Source of the DNA: Octopus sinensis
Taxonomy: Eukaryota
Reading direction: 5' to 3'
NCBI RefSeq assembly: GCF_006345805.1
Contig: NC_042998.1
Coordinates: forward strand, 90,768,001-90,832,000
DNA length: 64,000 nucleotides
Shown piece by piece: positions 24,301 to 38,200 of this stretch; position 1 is the stretch's first letter; each line of letters starts with the position of its first letter. The translations under genes were made by a program, and so were the position numbers. Under the pieces are notes generated by a model. It was not told the origin of the DNA. It did not search any database and worked only from the letters and a program-made list of their open reading frames with translations.

Positions 24301-24685
24301 AGATTTAACAGACCCAAATAGAGTTCTAAATAATATGGACAGTAGTTTCAATAGTAACTCTAATATTAGTATGCAAAATATCACAGATACTGTTCATTCA
24401 GAATGTTCTAGTTCTGAAGAAGATAATGTTCACACCAGTTACTTAAAGAATGTAAGTGAAAAGAGCCCTGACCCAACCTCTCCACAAGATCATATACCAC
24501 AGGCAGAAGTTAACAATGAATCAACTATAGAAACAACAGAGTTATTGGAATCCATTAATTCATCAGGAAGTTCTTCAAATACGTCAAAACGATCTAATAC
24601 ATCTTTAGTTTCACCTGGTGAAAACAAAAAGTTCAAAAGAAGGAATTTAAATATATATTATGACTCAAAGGACAGTATATCTTAA
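18133..24685 (+). CDS. DBR1: RNA lariat debranching enzyme, complete spliced gene (8 coding exons, 1461 nt, 486 aa)
   Basis: Exons 18133-18329, 18652-18776, 19488-19568, 20816-20901, 21084-21308, 23606-23683, 23869-24005, 24154-24685 join in frame via GT-AG introns. Dbr1 metallophosphoesterase motifs present: [39 protein letters not shown] and C-terminal KKFKRRN. Confidence 0.97.
18652..18776 (+). CDS. DBR1: DBR1 coding exon 2
   Basis: [41 protein letters not shown]; ctAG / GTAAGT. Confidence 0.95.
19488..19568 (+). CDS. DBR1: DBR1 coding exon 3
   Basis: [26 protein letters not shown]; atAG / GTAAAA. Confidence 0.94.
20224..20497 (-). mobile_element. RTE-LINE 3' tail copy in DBR1 intron
   Basis: (CAT)n plus AACGTCCGCTTTCCATGCTAGCATGGGTTGG; two internal repeat units; CpGs largely retained, suggesting a young copy. 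Confidence 0.75.
20816..20901 (+). CDS. DBR1: DBR1 coding exon 4 (lariat recognition loop)
   Basis: [28 protein letters not shown]; gtAG / GTAATT. Confidence 0.94.
21084..21308 (+). CDS. DBR1: DBR1 coding exon 5
   Basis: [17 protein letters not shown]...[18 protein letters not shown]; acAG / GTAAAT. Confidence 0.95.
21594..21890 (+). mobile_element. tRNA-derived SINE (third family)
   Basis: Head GTGGACACATGGCCTAGTTGTTAGGGTGTTGCACTCATGAC...GTTTCAATT with A/B-box similarity. Confidence 0.55.
23070..23270 (+). mobile_element. SINE (same family as 1634-1850) in DBR1 intron
   Basis: Near full-length match to the 1634-1850 copy. Confidence 0.7.
23606..23683 (+). CDS. DBR1: DBR1 coding exon 6
   Basis: [26 protein letters not shown]; ctAG / GTAATT. 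Confidence 0.93.
23869..24005 (+). CDS. DBR1: DBR1 coding exon 7
   Basis: [25 protein letters not shown]...PGPGTDE; tcAG / GTAAAA. Confidence 0.93.
24154..24685 (+). CDS. DBR1: DBR1 last coding exon (acidic/Ser-rich tail with basic NLS-like end)
   Basis: [11 protein letters not shown]...[10 protein letters not shown]...[11 protein letters not shown]...TAA; ctAG acceptor. Confidence 0.93.
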
Positions 24686-24694
24686 TATCAATTT

Positions 24695-24890
24695 AGTATT
24701 GTTTAGTTCCAAGTCAGCCATTGATCAAAGGCATTACAGCTGTGACCATCCCATTTTAATTTCAGCAATAATCTACCTTAGACTACATTCTCCAATATGT
24801 CCTCTTAAATTGGTAGAGTATGATTTGAGGGAAATTTGGTTGTTATTTCTAACAGGGCAAGCAGCCATGTAGAGTCTGCTTCATTAGCTC
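24695..24890 (+). repeat. Dispersed ~200-bp repeat in DBR1 3' UTR
   Basis: AAAGGCATTACAGCTGTGACCATCC...GAAATTTGGTTGTTATTTCTA. Relatives at ~11950-12180, 12680-12870, 27480-27660(-), 29975-30080, 47765-47960, 55240-55410(-). Confidence 0.6.
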
Positions 24891-25973
24891 AATTGTTTTA
24901 ATGTAAATAACTTAGCAAATTATTTTGTTTTTGCTGAAAATTCCTGATTGGGAAAAAAAATACTCATACTGAATATCTTCTGATAAACCATCATTTCATC
25001 ATCAATAATCTGGAAGGGCTAACAGCAATGAAGATTTACTCATCATCATCAACATATAAAAAAACAAAACAAAAGAAAACGACTATTTTCTTATGACTCA
25101 CAGTTTTAATAACAGAATAGCCTTTGACAATATTTTTTCTGTAAATGAATATAGTATATGTTATCCAACTGTAGAACTAGGGTAATGTAAAAAGGAAGGA
25201 GGCAAGTTTGGCATGAAGGTAGAAGGATCACCAGAAGGAAGTCAAAAAGAAACTTGTTCTTTAATGGTGGCAGGAAAAACAAGCAAATTCACAAAACTGC
25301 ACATGGAAATCATATACATTCTGTCTATACAAATATTATTTTACAAAGAATTCCAGCAGTTTTTTTTTATGTGTATGTTTATTTTATGCCCTCCATAGCT
25401 CCAAGAGTTTAAAGAGCTACATTTGAATAACTTCATATTTAGTGTATTATTATGAAACTAGAATCTGTTTATGATTAAACAATTTAAGAAATGTCAATGT
25501 ACTGTCACAGCTGAAAATTAACTGACAATGATCTAGCTGAAAAATTTTATTACATGCATCAATTATATGATTGAGCAAATAGCTTACACAACCCTTTCGT
25601 TTCTTTAGATTGCACACCTACCTGTTTCGCCCAAATGTCTTCCTGGTGCCAACATACCTATTGTAATGGTCTGCTCCTTCCATTTAGCATAACACAACCC
25701 GGGTGCTAGAAGAGGAGACATAATACTACAACTAACTGATACAGCCAGTATTGTAGGTCTGTTACAGAAACCAATACTGATGATGGATGGCATCTGAATA
25801 GCTAAACTGGATGAAATAAGTTCTATTATTGTAGCGGTTCCTGTGATATAATCACAGTTGTACAGTGTAGAAATGTCATCACTTAGTCAACAACTAAGCC
25901 AAAAATGTTGACAATATTGATTAGTAAGTTTGTCATTTACAACTTTTTATCATTGTAAATTTTGATGGTTCCT

Positions 25974-26237
25974 TCAATCCATTGTTTTAATGAATTTTAC
26001 TGCAGAGAAGAACTGCATCCACCAATATTGTTCTTCTCCAGTTACACGCTCACCATAGAAACTGTTAACATATTGGATGGTTGACAATAAACAAGGGGGG
26101 TTGGCCTTAATAATAACATAAATGAGCACAGGGAAAAAGTCATCTGCAGCTGGCACTTTTCGGTCATTGGCCATACTCAATAAATTCATAATACATAATG
26201 AACAACGATATACACACTGTACTTTATCTTTTGGTGT
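25974..26237 (-). CDS. GAPVD1: GAPVD1 last exon (VPS9 core)
   Basis: TPKDKVQCVYRC...FIKTMD-stop; ttcAG acceptor. Confidence 0.95.
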   Translation of the reverse strand, partial: TPKDKVQCVYRCSLCIMNLLSMANDRKVPAADDFFPVLIYVIIKANPPCLLSTIQYVNSFYGERVTGEEQYWWMQFFSAVKFIKTMD

Positions 26238-29200
26238 CTGAAAGAAAATGAAACAGAAAATATTTTTTACCATTTACCAAAGCGAAATAAAAAAAGGCAC
26301 ATTGAAATCACAGAAACATTTGTTATATTAACTGATAAGATAAGGTGGGTATGAAATATGAAATTGAATAAATTTTTATGGGTTTATAAACTTTTTTTGT
26401 GTTTAATAATTTTCCTTATCTATAGATAAAAATAGTTTGAAAGCAAGAATCATCTTTTATAACACCAATTCTTTAAAAAAATCAAGAAGTAAAATAGCAG
26501 TTCAATAGAATCTTAAGACAATGAATAAGAAATTTATCACGATGGAGTGTATAAAATACTGCTATAGTTGACTATTTCAACTTCAAATGGAATCACTGGA
26601 CTTCGCAACTATCAGCATAAAGAATGATTCACTAAAATTTTACATTCACTACAACTACAATATTATAAAATGCTTATAAATGAATGAAACAATGAATTAA
26701 AGTAGAGAAATGAAAAACTAACCAGTGAGGAAATAAGCTATTTTTTTAACTTGTACTAGTTTTCTAGTAAGGATGAATATTAAATACTATAATACTCTAC
26801 AAAAATCAAATAAATGGAGGTATTTATACTCATACCAACCTTGTATGCATTTATCATATGGATTTCTCTTTGAGCTGCTGGCCAAGGACACTCAAACTGA
26901 TATATCTTTGGGATACATAAATCTTTATGTGTAGGAGATATTATTTGAGATAGGTTTTTGATGTGTTCATGAATTAGTCTACAAAAAAATTCACAAAAAT
27001 TATAAGATGCAATATACTATACTTGCACAAAAGGATTGAAAAAAAAAGGAAAAAAAAAAATTGAACTAAAATAAAGAGATAAGCATACTTGCATACTAGT
27101 TCATTTAAGTTTTAACAATGAACCAGTGAAGATTTAGTTGAATTTTCTACAAAATATGATTCAAACTGAGTTTAATAATCAAGAATGTATACACATACAC
27201 AGCTACGAGAAACATTGATATTTATAAACAATGACTTTCTTAGACATTAGGAGACTAACTGAATAAACTCTTTTACCGATTTGAACCATGCTGGAGTAGT
27301 ATAGAGTGGGTGGTGTTAGGAAAGGTATACAGCTGTAGAAACCAAGCCAAAAGTGAATGAGATAGCATGGGAAGTGAACATAAATAGGTTGATCAACTTA
27401 TTTATGTAGAGGCTCTTTGCTTGGCTCAGTACAAGCATGCAGCTGGTCTGAGCCAGTGAAGGAGGAGGCATCTACACAGTTGATCGACCTGCTAGAATAG
27501 CAACCAAATCATCCTCAAATTATACATTGTCTTTAAAAAAAAAGACTTTGTATAAAGTGGTCTTAAGTTTCCTGTACATAGGACAAGATGGAGTGGTCTC
27601 AGCTGGAATGCCTTTAATCATAGGTCTGCTGAAACAAAACCAACCTAGTGCTAAACAAGAACAACAATTGCCTATTTTTTCAGCCTGTAGCAATCTCATT
27701 CAGGACATCATGTAGAAGGTGACATTTTGGCAGTTCACTGGTTTTAGCTAATCAAAAGACCAGAAATATTTCAACCATGTTGGTTATATATATACAGAAG
27801 TCAAATCTGTTTCTCTAGCTTAGCTCCTCTCATCTCACCATAATAGAATGTGGTGACCTACCACTACTATTTCCAATGGTATTTCTAATCAGTTTCAATT
27901 AGTCTCAATAGGAGGTATGCTTAACTGAACAGACCACCAAGTGACATTATCTCTTTCTGTTAAGTCACACATGTTAATAACACCATTTAAACAACATGAA
28001 TTATTCAATCAACTTATACAAACACGGCCATTCACATGTTTTGTTTTCAAACACATAAATGTTAACCTTATATAAATGCTGTATATGGAACTTGTCTACA
28101 ACAATTGTTAGTTATCTGTAAACAGTGAGCTCTATATCATCTGTATGATGTGGAAAATATTCCATCTTTAAAATTCGTTGGAGGCTTGACCCCCATGCCA
28201 TCTGTCCATTACAGAAATGTTCACGTCGTATCACAACACTGACAGAACTATTTCACCTCCATTAGCCCTACTCTCTTCAACATCGTGCCAGACACACATA
28301 AAGGAGGAAAGTGACTTCAAGGCATTCAAACGATACCAGATAAACCACCCACACCCAGATGTGTCTCTGAAAACAATAACCTTCTGCTTCAATGAGCTAC
28401 AGTTCCCCAGAGCTGACTGTGTATCTCTTTCAGGTGGTGCTATTAAATTAGACATGGCCTGAGTCAACTTCAGCCGAAAATTATCTAAGTAATCTAATCT
28501 ATGCTGTAACCTTTTAATCAAAGTATGATAACATGGGTAGAGGCTGATATCTGACGGTCGTAAGTATTAAAAAAAATTATTAAAGATTTATATAGAACTA
28601 CATCCAGAGTATGTCTATAAGCTATTCTGTTTAGACCTGGTTTCTACCTCAAACTGTTCCGTTTTGGAGATGCAATTTTTTTTTTTTAATAAAGCACTCT
28701 GTGACAATCTCGGTCCCATGAGTATTGGATAATGGACTTTCAATTGTGTAAAGAAACTGATTGTGGTGAAACCAGAGACAGTGTTGATTATGACGATGGT
28801 TGAGATAAATATGGGAGGAGGATAAAATAGTATCGGTGGTTATAATGGTGACAGGAGTGGTAATAATGGTGTTGATGATAGTGTTAGTTGTGTGATGGTG
28901 GTTATACTAGTTGTGGTAATGAAAGTGACTGTCATGATAACGATGGTGATGTATGTGGTTGAAGTGAAAGCAATGACAATGCTGCTGATGATGTTAGTAG
29001 TTGTGGTAGTGGTGGTGGTGGTTGTCATAGTGCTGTTCCTGTAAAGGAATAATCTCTGATTCAACATGTTATTTGTGCACTAATGTTCTATGGGATGGTC
29101 AACAGAAGCTCCTTTTTGTGTGTGATGGTTGGTGATGTTTGATGTTGCTGGTAAAAAGTGAAATGGTGGAGATGAATTTAGTCATTGCTGCTTTTGATAT

Positions 29201-32200
29201 GCAGATGTAGTAGTTGTGATTTCATGCAACCATTATAAAAATATATCACAGTGAAAGTATCTTATATTAGAATATATGTACTTACTGATCCCTCAAAATA
29301 TCTCCATCTCCATTGGGAAACATGGCATGTGTATAAATTCTTCCCATAACATAGCGCTCCAGAGCAATGCAACTGCTTTGTAACTGACTTTCACTGCAAC
29401 CTAGAAAATAGATTTTGTTTAAAACAAAACCCCCAAAATTTAACCTTATATTGCAAATATAAATGAGCAAAATCAGTTGAACAGCGGACAAAAGTATTTT
29501 GCAGTATTTGGTGACATTCTTTTACATTCAGAGTTCAAACTCTGCTACAGCTGACCTATCATCTATCAGGAGAGAAGGGATTAAAAAAAAAGTAACAGAA
29601 ATATGATGGAGATGACAATATTTTTTAAGCATTGTTCAACAATGTTTATCTCTAATCATAGAGATGAATTAAAAACTCTATGTGACTGTAAAGGAAGGTG
29701 AGGTAAAATAAAAATGAGCCATTTTTAATTAAGGATTAAAAACACATTTTAAGCATTTAGAGAAGAAACCTGACAATGTTTCCATGATAAAAAAAGTTAG
29801 AACTAATTTTACAAAAAAGAATAAAATTTACAAAAAGTTCTATTAAAAGAAAATTAAACTGAATCTCAATAGATGAAGCTTATATGTGTGCCAGTGCATA
29901 TGTATGTATATGTTTTCTTGAAGAGTTCAGCTTTCATTCTAGTACAAATATGATGGGCTAATAGACCAATCTGTTTTTGTTTAGCCCTAATCCTGATCAA
30001 GCAGACCAATGACCAAGACATTCCAACCATGATCATCCTGTATTTTTTAGATCTAGCATATCTATGAATACATTAATCAATGTGCCCCCACCACCACATA
30101 CACTTTTTCTTTTGAGACTTTCAGCAGATGAAGCAATCAGCTCACTTGTCTTACAAAAGTTAGAGAAATTATAAACTGCATACTAGAAGGTCCATATTTA
30201 AAATGATTGCATCATAATGAATTCTAATTAAAGTGTACTTGCGAATCATTTATAACAAACCATATGAGGCTAGATCTATTCCTTAAAACATTTAACTGGT
30301 TCATATTCACAACCAGTGGTGGCTTGTGTATAGGCACTGTAGCACCCCCTATTTCCACTTGATATTATCAATAACATTCAATATAATGAGTCCTTTTTCC
30401 TTTAATTCTTTCTTTATACTTGTATATTATATAATCTTTAAGCTTAATGTCAGTATCCATCCCTTAGTTTACGAAAAATACAAAAATCCTTGTATAGAAC
30501 TGTGCACTTCACAGTTCCAGCGATGCAATGTTTGGCTGTTGTGCGCAAGCTCACATGTCCAAGATAGGCAGCTTCACGCTAGGAAGAGAGAGCACTGTTG
30601 TTCACGCAATGCTAGTGAAAGGTAGTGTTTCTTTTTGACTCCACGTATGTTGTGCTCAAAAACATGTTTATATTCTTGAATGTGATAAAGTGTAGAATTA
30701 GATTATTATTCTGCTTCCAGCTTCAGTGTTGCTGCCAGGATTTGAAAAATAGGGCAGATTCCCCACCCCTCATTTATTTTGTGATTTAGGGAGGATTTTT
30801 GAAAAACAAGGGGGAATTCACGGTTGTGTTCAGTTAGCAAATTAAACACACTACCAGGGTGGGGCTAAAATGCAAACCAATCAAGTTTAAGTATAAATAT
30901 TCTTTTTATATGTTCGTTTCCTTTTATACAATATTAAAACAATAGCTAAAAATTTTCTGAAGCAACTCCCCAACTAATTTTATCTATGAGCCACCACTGT
31001 TCACAACTAACCACTATTCTTTTTGTCTGCAGATGAAAATACTGGAATAGTGAGTCATTAACTAAAAGCTTAGTCTTCCCAGTTATATAGCAAATTTCTT
31101 TCATACCTTGCCAGAGAGCATCTGTTTGAATACTTTGATAAAGTCCATTCAAAAAACGTTCGACTAAATCTTCCTGAAATACAGAAAAGAAAATAATTTA
31201 AAGAAATAAAGTAAATAAACAGACTATCTCATCATTCAAAAAGCTTCAAAATTCATTAAAGAAATAACCATTTTCTAATTGGATCAGAAATTCTGGAAAA
31301 CAATAAATGGGAATTTGTAGTGTTCATGCACATTTTTTTAATAACAAGCACTAAAATTTAACATTTTAACCTAAGTACATTTCTACAAAATCAATTGTTG
31401 AATTAGAATTACTATAGAATTTATATATTTTTTTTGTTTTGTTTTTTATCTTGATGATAACCTGAAATGTTATTGAATGTTATATGAAAATTTTTACATA
31501 TAGTTAGACACCTTAGTCGAATCCTACATGTTACTAACTCTTCTCATTGATACTTTAAAGCCTGTTAAAAGTGTAGATACTATAATACTTGCTCAATAAA
31601 AAGCACCAAGTTCCTAAAATAAAATGGTTGCTGACAGGAAACAAAAGAGGCAGTAAAGGAAAATGTGGAATTGACAAGTTGTAGAGAATGCAACTCATTT
31701 AGGGGAACAGTAAATCTGAAATAATAAACTGATATATGGTAGACAGGACACTTTAGTCCTATGAACAGTCTTTAGTGCTAATTGCATGACAGAATGTACT
31801 CAGTTCAAGCTATGAAGTGGTTAGCAAATAGGAAAGACATCCCTATCTAAAGAATATGTACACAACTACTAATTTTTTTTTTTTTGCTATGTGCATTAGA
31901 TGTGTTGAAGGACCATCCCAAGTGAACTCTCAATTCAGGTGCTTTAACCTACCTCTGCATTAACACATTAACTAATATATATGCTCCCATTCTCTAAAAT
32001 ACATATCCAGACAGGCACATTTCTTGGTATTTTAACAAAAAGAAAATTAGCAATTTTTCATTCTGCAACTTTTGAAGTCGCAACCCTTAATCAAAAGTAG
32101 TAAGTTTTATGATTAAATAATGTTAACACTTTCATTCTTTTAAATTTAAATTTAGAGTGGAAGTTGTTTTAACTTTCTGTGCTAAGTGAAATTGGCATGA

Positions 32201-35200
32201 AAGTCAGATATTTCTGATTTAATCTCTCCATCATTCTAAAGACTTTTATGCTAAAACAAGAAATCATGATCATGCCTGCCTTTCTATGCTTGCATAAGTT
32301 GGACAGATCTACAAAACAAGGTCTCACCACATGATGCAGTTGTCATCTCCTTTGTGAAGTTTATCATACAGAAATCAACTGTCATCACTTCTCAAGTTTT
32401 CCTCTTCCGTGAATTTCTTCCATTTGGCCCACTTGGCACTTCTTTACTTAACTGTTGTCCTCCATACACAACCAATGTCTGTACTAGTGTAGACAGACTT
32501 ATCTCTAGTACCCTTATAGCTGGCTCTCACCATCATGTTACATTCCATCAGCCCAGAACTTAATACAAATCTACAGAACTATTCTGTGGTAAGGAGCATG
32601 TCTCATAGAGACATATAACATAGAAGACAACTGAGATATTTTTACCTCCTTTTCCTCATTATGTGCAATACTTAGTATTGTGTTAAAGCTATGTATAACT
32701 GGGAAGGGATCTTTCATTCTCCAAACTGTTCTGTGTTTTGCTAGCATCTATTCGTGGAAGCACTGAATAAAATTAAGTGGTAACTTCACTGAGACATAAA
32801 ATAAAAATGAATTTAGTTTCTAAATTCTTTGCACAGCATGGACAGAGAGACATTAAATGTTGATAATAATGATTACAAAAAATACTTGAAAAATACAAAT
32901 AAAAAAATCTTTAAAAGAACAGTTAAAAAAAAGTTTACTTACTTTTTCATCTGACATAGTAAGTTTTTGAAAATCTGCTATAAAATTTGAAAGTAGTTTG
33001 TCTTTACTTTCAATGAACCTTTGTACACACACATTATTCAGGTGATTGTTGCAAATTTCTTTTTCTCTGTGAAAAAATTCATATAACAATTATTAAAACA
33101 TTTACCTTTACTTCATCTGAACTCACACATTTTTTTACTCTATCTAACCCACACATTTTCATACACAATTATTTCAATATGCTTTTCATAATTCTTGTGA
33201 CATCTATTTTCCATGCTTACATGTGTCAGATGAAATTCATTGAAGTAACAGATTTTCTTTGGCTAGAAGCCCTTCTTGTCAGCAACCCTTGCCCGTTTCC
33301 AATGACCCTCACATGTTTTTAATAACACTGCTTATATGATGATGACACTCGTTTACAACTACTACATAACATCAAGATAAGGAAATACAAACATATAGTT
33401 ATACAATGGTAATTTCCATCAATAAAATCCACTCATTTAACATATACTTTTCCATGCTAACATGGCTTGGAGAGGAATTGATTTTGAGGCAAACCTCATA
33501 TATTTTACAGGTAAGGGTTTCTTCTATGCTCCACATGTATTTGAAAACAGCAATTGGTCATATCAACATCATCACTGCTTCACTCAAATGGTAATAAACA
33601 AAATAGCAGCATTCTTGCACAAGTGCACACACACACACACACATATATATACATATATATATGGGTTTATTAGAGTTATCGTCCCATGTACACTAACAAT
33701 GCTTGGTTGACTGATATTTATAGAAAGAGGCTCTTGCTCAAAGTGCTATGCAGTGGAACTGAACCTGAAACCCATTTCCACCTTGTGATATCTTTTGGTT
33801 TCAGCCCTTTTGTGTGTGTGTGTGTGTGTGTATATGAGACATGCTTCTCCGCACTCAGTGTCCAACTGCCTTTCAAAGAAGGTGCATAATGTGAATCTTG
33901 TTATACATCACACATAAAAAGAACCTTCAGATTGATTGAAGTTCCTCTCATGGTTCTCACCATTCAGATTTGTTCACAATCATCACATCAAATAATCAAA
34001 TAAACACCAGTTTTGTATGTATCTACTAATTGCTTCAAATAGAGGTACAAGACCAGCAACTTTGAAGGGAGTGGTTGGTTGATTACATTACCCCCAGTAC
34101 TAACCTAGTATTATATTTATTGACTCTGTGCTAGCCCAACTTTAGGCACAAGGCCAGCAATTTGGAGAAGAGGTTAAGCAATTACATCAATCTCAGTACT
34201 GGACTGGTAAGTGCCAGTCAAATACTGGGATTACAAATATGTAAATATAATGATGTACAAAATATATAAGCTAATGTTGCATAAAATCAGACTTCACCTT
34301 TGTGCTCGCTGTAAAAGTCCTTGGAGGAAATACAAACTTGTTAACAGGCCCTGCTTGCAGCGTGTTAAGTAAGCCACATAATGTGCTCTTCCTTTGTAAT
34401 CTTCTTCAAGTGATTTAAATAATTTTTTACAGCTATACAAATAAATAAAAGTAAAATTTAAAGTAATATATGTAACTATATTAATCTAGTGTTCTTGATT
34501 ATTTACAAAAATAACAAAATGCATGCTAGACCAATTTATATCCAATAATTAGGTACTATTATGACCCCACTGACAAGGATGCTCAATTCCAAACAGCTTC
34601 ATTTATCTTATACAATAGATATCTTGAGGAAGTGCTTAACTGAGAGAGAGAGAGAGCAGTATCGTACCATCTTAACTTTCAGTATAGTCTACAATTTTCA
34701 GTAACACAAATGGATGAAATGAAAAATTTAAACTACCAAGTTCAACTTACAGAAAAATTTATGGCAAATGAATTAAATTAATTGATAAGTCCAACCATAC
34801 ATGCAGGAATATCACTCTCCATTGATCAGCACTATAGAATTGCAAAGAAAGGCAATAAAAGGAACATCTACAACTCATCACATATAGAGCTGCAAATGAC
34901 TGTGTTAATACAGCAATAGTTTATATTGTGTCTCCAGCACTGTCTGTCTACACTAAATAACACAGACTAATTTAGTTCACTGCTGTAAGCAGAACAATGT
35001 AAAATTGTCATATGTTTCAATGATTTGCAGTGCCAAGGTCAATCCTTCCCATAGATATAGTTTGGAGAAGTGATGGGTCATAGCACCATATGTATGTCTA
35101 CTTCTGTAGTGGCCACTTTTTCTAACTTGCATATATAAACATTGAAGTTGAAAACAAACAAATAAAACATATCATATACACTCTGAAAGCTTGCTCTATT

Positions 35201-38200
35201 TAACAGAAATTAATAATTAATTTACAATTAAAATAATATTGCCTAAGAATGGTGTTGATACAAAAGTCAGGGATTTAATATGAGGCAAAGCAATTTAATA
35301 ACTATTTTAATATCTACATCTGTTAAAGAGGAAGAACATATTTCAACTATATAAAAAAATTCACTTAAAAGTGTCTATATAGTTCTTCATAAAACTTAGT
35401 TGGATTTGAAAATATATTGTAGAGATAAAAAGGAATGTCTAGTTATTATTGAGAATCCAGGTCACCTCTGATCAAAAATAACCAGCAATATGTAGGTAAT
35501 AAATTCATTGTTGCAAATATATATACAAATGGGTGCTCTTTCTAATGTTAACCTTATGTCTATAAAATAAGAATAGTGCTTACAGAAGGAAGGAAATTAA
35601 TGAACCTCATTTAAAGTTAGGGTTATGTCTAGAGTAGAAACAGAACTCATGAATTAATAAACTAAAATAAATTTTGAGAAAGAACACAAAAATGAACACC
35701 AAAGCAACACAAAAATGGAATAAAGTAAATGAATAACTGTTTACACTTACCCTTCATTATCAAATAACTTAATACAGCGGATTACTTCATGTAGTTGCGC
35801 AACCATTTCCTTGTTACGAAGATTTATAGCCTCAGCCAACTGAACACTTAAAATATGAACAAGTTCAGTTTCTTTCCAATGACCACCACTACCAGGTGTA
35901 CCATCATTATCACATGGACTGCTCGGCATCCATCGACCACATGTCTGATAGCGAATAGAACAGTTCTGGTAGTCACCAACACTGAGCACAAGTCGAAGTT
36001 TCCTTTTAGCATCAGCAAATGCAAAGCAGTTCTCTAGGTTATTAGGATCATAGTAGGGAACTTCATTGATTTGTTCTTCTTTTGTAGGGTGTTTATCCTT
36101 TTGATTATCATCAGTCATATCAAGACTTTGTGAAGATGGTAAATTTGGTTTTTTACGATACTTAGCTAAGATCTCATCTCCGGTTTCTAAAACAAAAATT
36201 TAAAAAGCACAAATAAATAAAATAAGTACAATTTTAACACTTTATATACCAACCCACCAAAGACTTGCTATGGTTCTGTGATACAAGACTCATGTTTTAA
36301 AGAGATCTAAATATCTTCCATCAAAACTTCATGTTAATTTGGTTTGAAACACCAATGACAAAGTTATTTTACTAAATTCTTCATTATTTTCAAAATTAAT
36401 TGAAACAAAGGCTGGGCATTTCCTCAGAAGTATGGTAACAGAAGGAGTTAATGCCTGACTAAGGGCATTTAAAATAAGACTTCATTCAGTATTAATATCT
36501 TATGTTTTCATACAATGACATATTGCCATAAATTTGTAGAGAATGGTAGAATGATCTCCAGAGGGATGAAAAGCCAAGTTTATCCCATTAGGATGACAAC
36601 TCTGATCATGGAAGGTTGAAATTAAATACAACACATTTAGTTCAACAAGAAAAAAAAAATCTTCAAACTATATTGAACACTTCATAAAATTCTAACGAAC
36701 ATAACTTAATAAACATCTTATAACATTAACAATTCAGACACTACAGCCAAATAATAATAATCATTTCTACTATAGGCACAAAGCCTGAAATTTTAGTGGG
36801 TGGGAGCCAGTCAATTATATTGAGCCCAGTGTTGAACTAGTAATTATATTATTGGCTCTGAAAGGGTGAAAGGTAAAGTTGATCTCAGTGACATTTGAAC
36901 TTAAAGCAATATGCTGGAAGAAACACTGCTAACCATTTTGTCTGGTGTGCTAAGAACATAAAGCCAGAGGAAATGTTAAGCATTCTCTCCAATGCACTAA
37001 CAATTCAGCCAGCTCACCATCTTAATAATAATGTTTCTACTATAAGTACAAGTCCTGAAACTTTGAGAGAGCAGGTTAATCAATTACATCATTGACTCTT
37101 GTGCTCAGCTGATACTTATTTTATTGACCCCACCAAAAGGATTAAAAGGTAAAATATTTAAGGTCAGAATGTAAAGACAGTAGAAATGCCATTAAGCATC
37201 TTATCCAATATGCTAAAGTGTTGGCCAGCTTACCATGTAAATAATAATGTTATTCTTAATAGTAATGGTTTCTGATTTCAAACAAATCCACAAATTTATA
37301 GTGGAAAGGTATAGCATGAATCAACTCCAATATAAAACTGGTACTTATTTCAGTGACCCAAAAATGATGAAAGACAAAGTTAACATCATGGGGATTTTGA
37401 ACACATAATATAATGGGATGTAAATAAACACCACAAGGCATTTAATCTAACATCCTACAACTTTTTCCACACCACGATAATTTTAAAATATCTATATAAC
37501 AAAATACACTGGTCATTCTTAGAAAATACTAACCTGGACAGACAAAGTTCTTGCTACCTATAACATTGTTACCAACACAAGCACCAGCAAAGTTGCCATT
37601 ACCACCACCATCAAAAGCATCACCACAAGCACCAAATTCCTCTGAAAGAGACAAAGACACTAGTGACACCTTGCAATAAAGGTTAGATCATTAAACATTT
37701 CCTATAAAAACTAACTCAATAAAAGTTACCTATAACTTGCAGATAATTAACAAATAGCCCAATACAATAAGGTGCAGACAGAGCTGTGTGGTTAACAAGT
37801 TTGCTTTGCAATCACATAGTTTCAGGTTCAGCCCTACTGCACAGCACCTTCAGCATCTTATGGTATTCATACAGCATCTTATTGTGTGTGTGTTAGTAAG
37901 AGAGAGCAGGAGAGAGAGAGATAGTATATGCATGCATATATGTGAATTTGTCTGCTAACACCACTTTTGTCATCAGCTAGTGTCCTGCAGCTCAGCAGTT
38001 TTACATGCAAAGGACAGCGGAATGAAGTGCCTTATTTAAAAACAAGCAGGGGGTTGACATCAGGTAGGGTATACAGCCAAAGAACTTTGTTACATGAAGT
38101 CACGCTCAACTTATGCATACATGGGAAAGGCAAGTATGAAAATGGTGATGATTTTCAGATAATTTTCTTTAATCTATATTTAAAATTGTATCTTAGTGAC

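Noticed and set aside
28180-28560. ORFs 28217-28462(+) and 28231-28521(-) as a nested gene
   Set aside because: No splice or homology support; an ISPTLFNIV fragment hints at a decayed LINE RT, too weak to call.
30313-30640. CAGTGG-starting end suggestive of a hAT-like DNA transposon
   Set aside because: No matching second TIR or TSD located.
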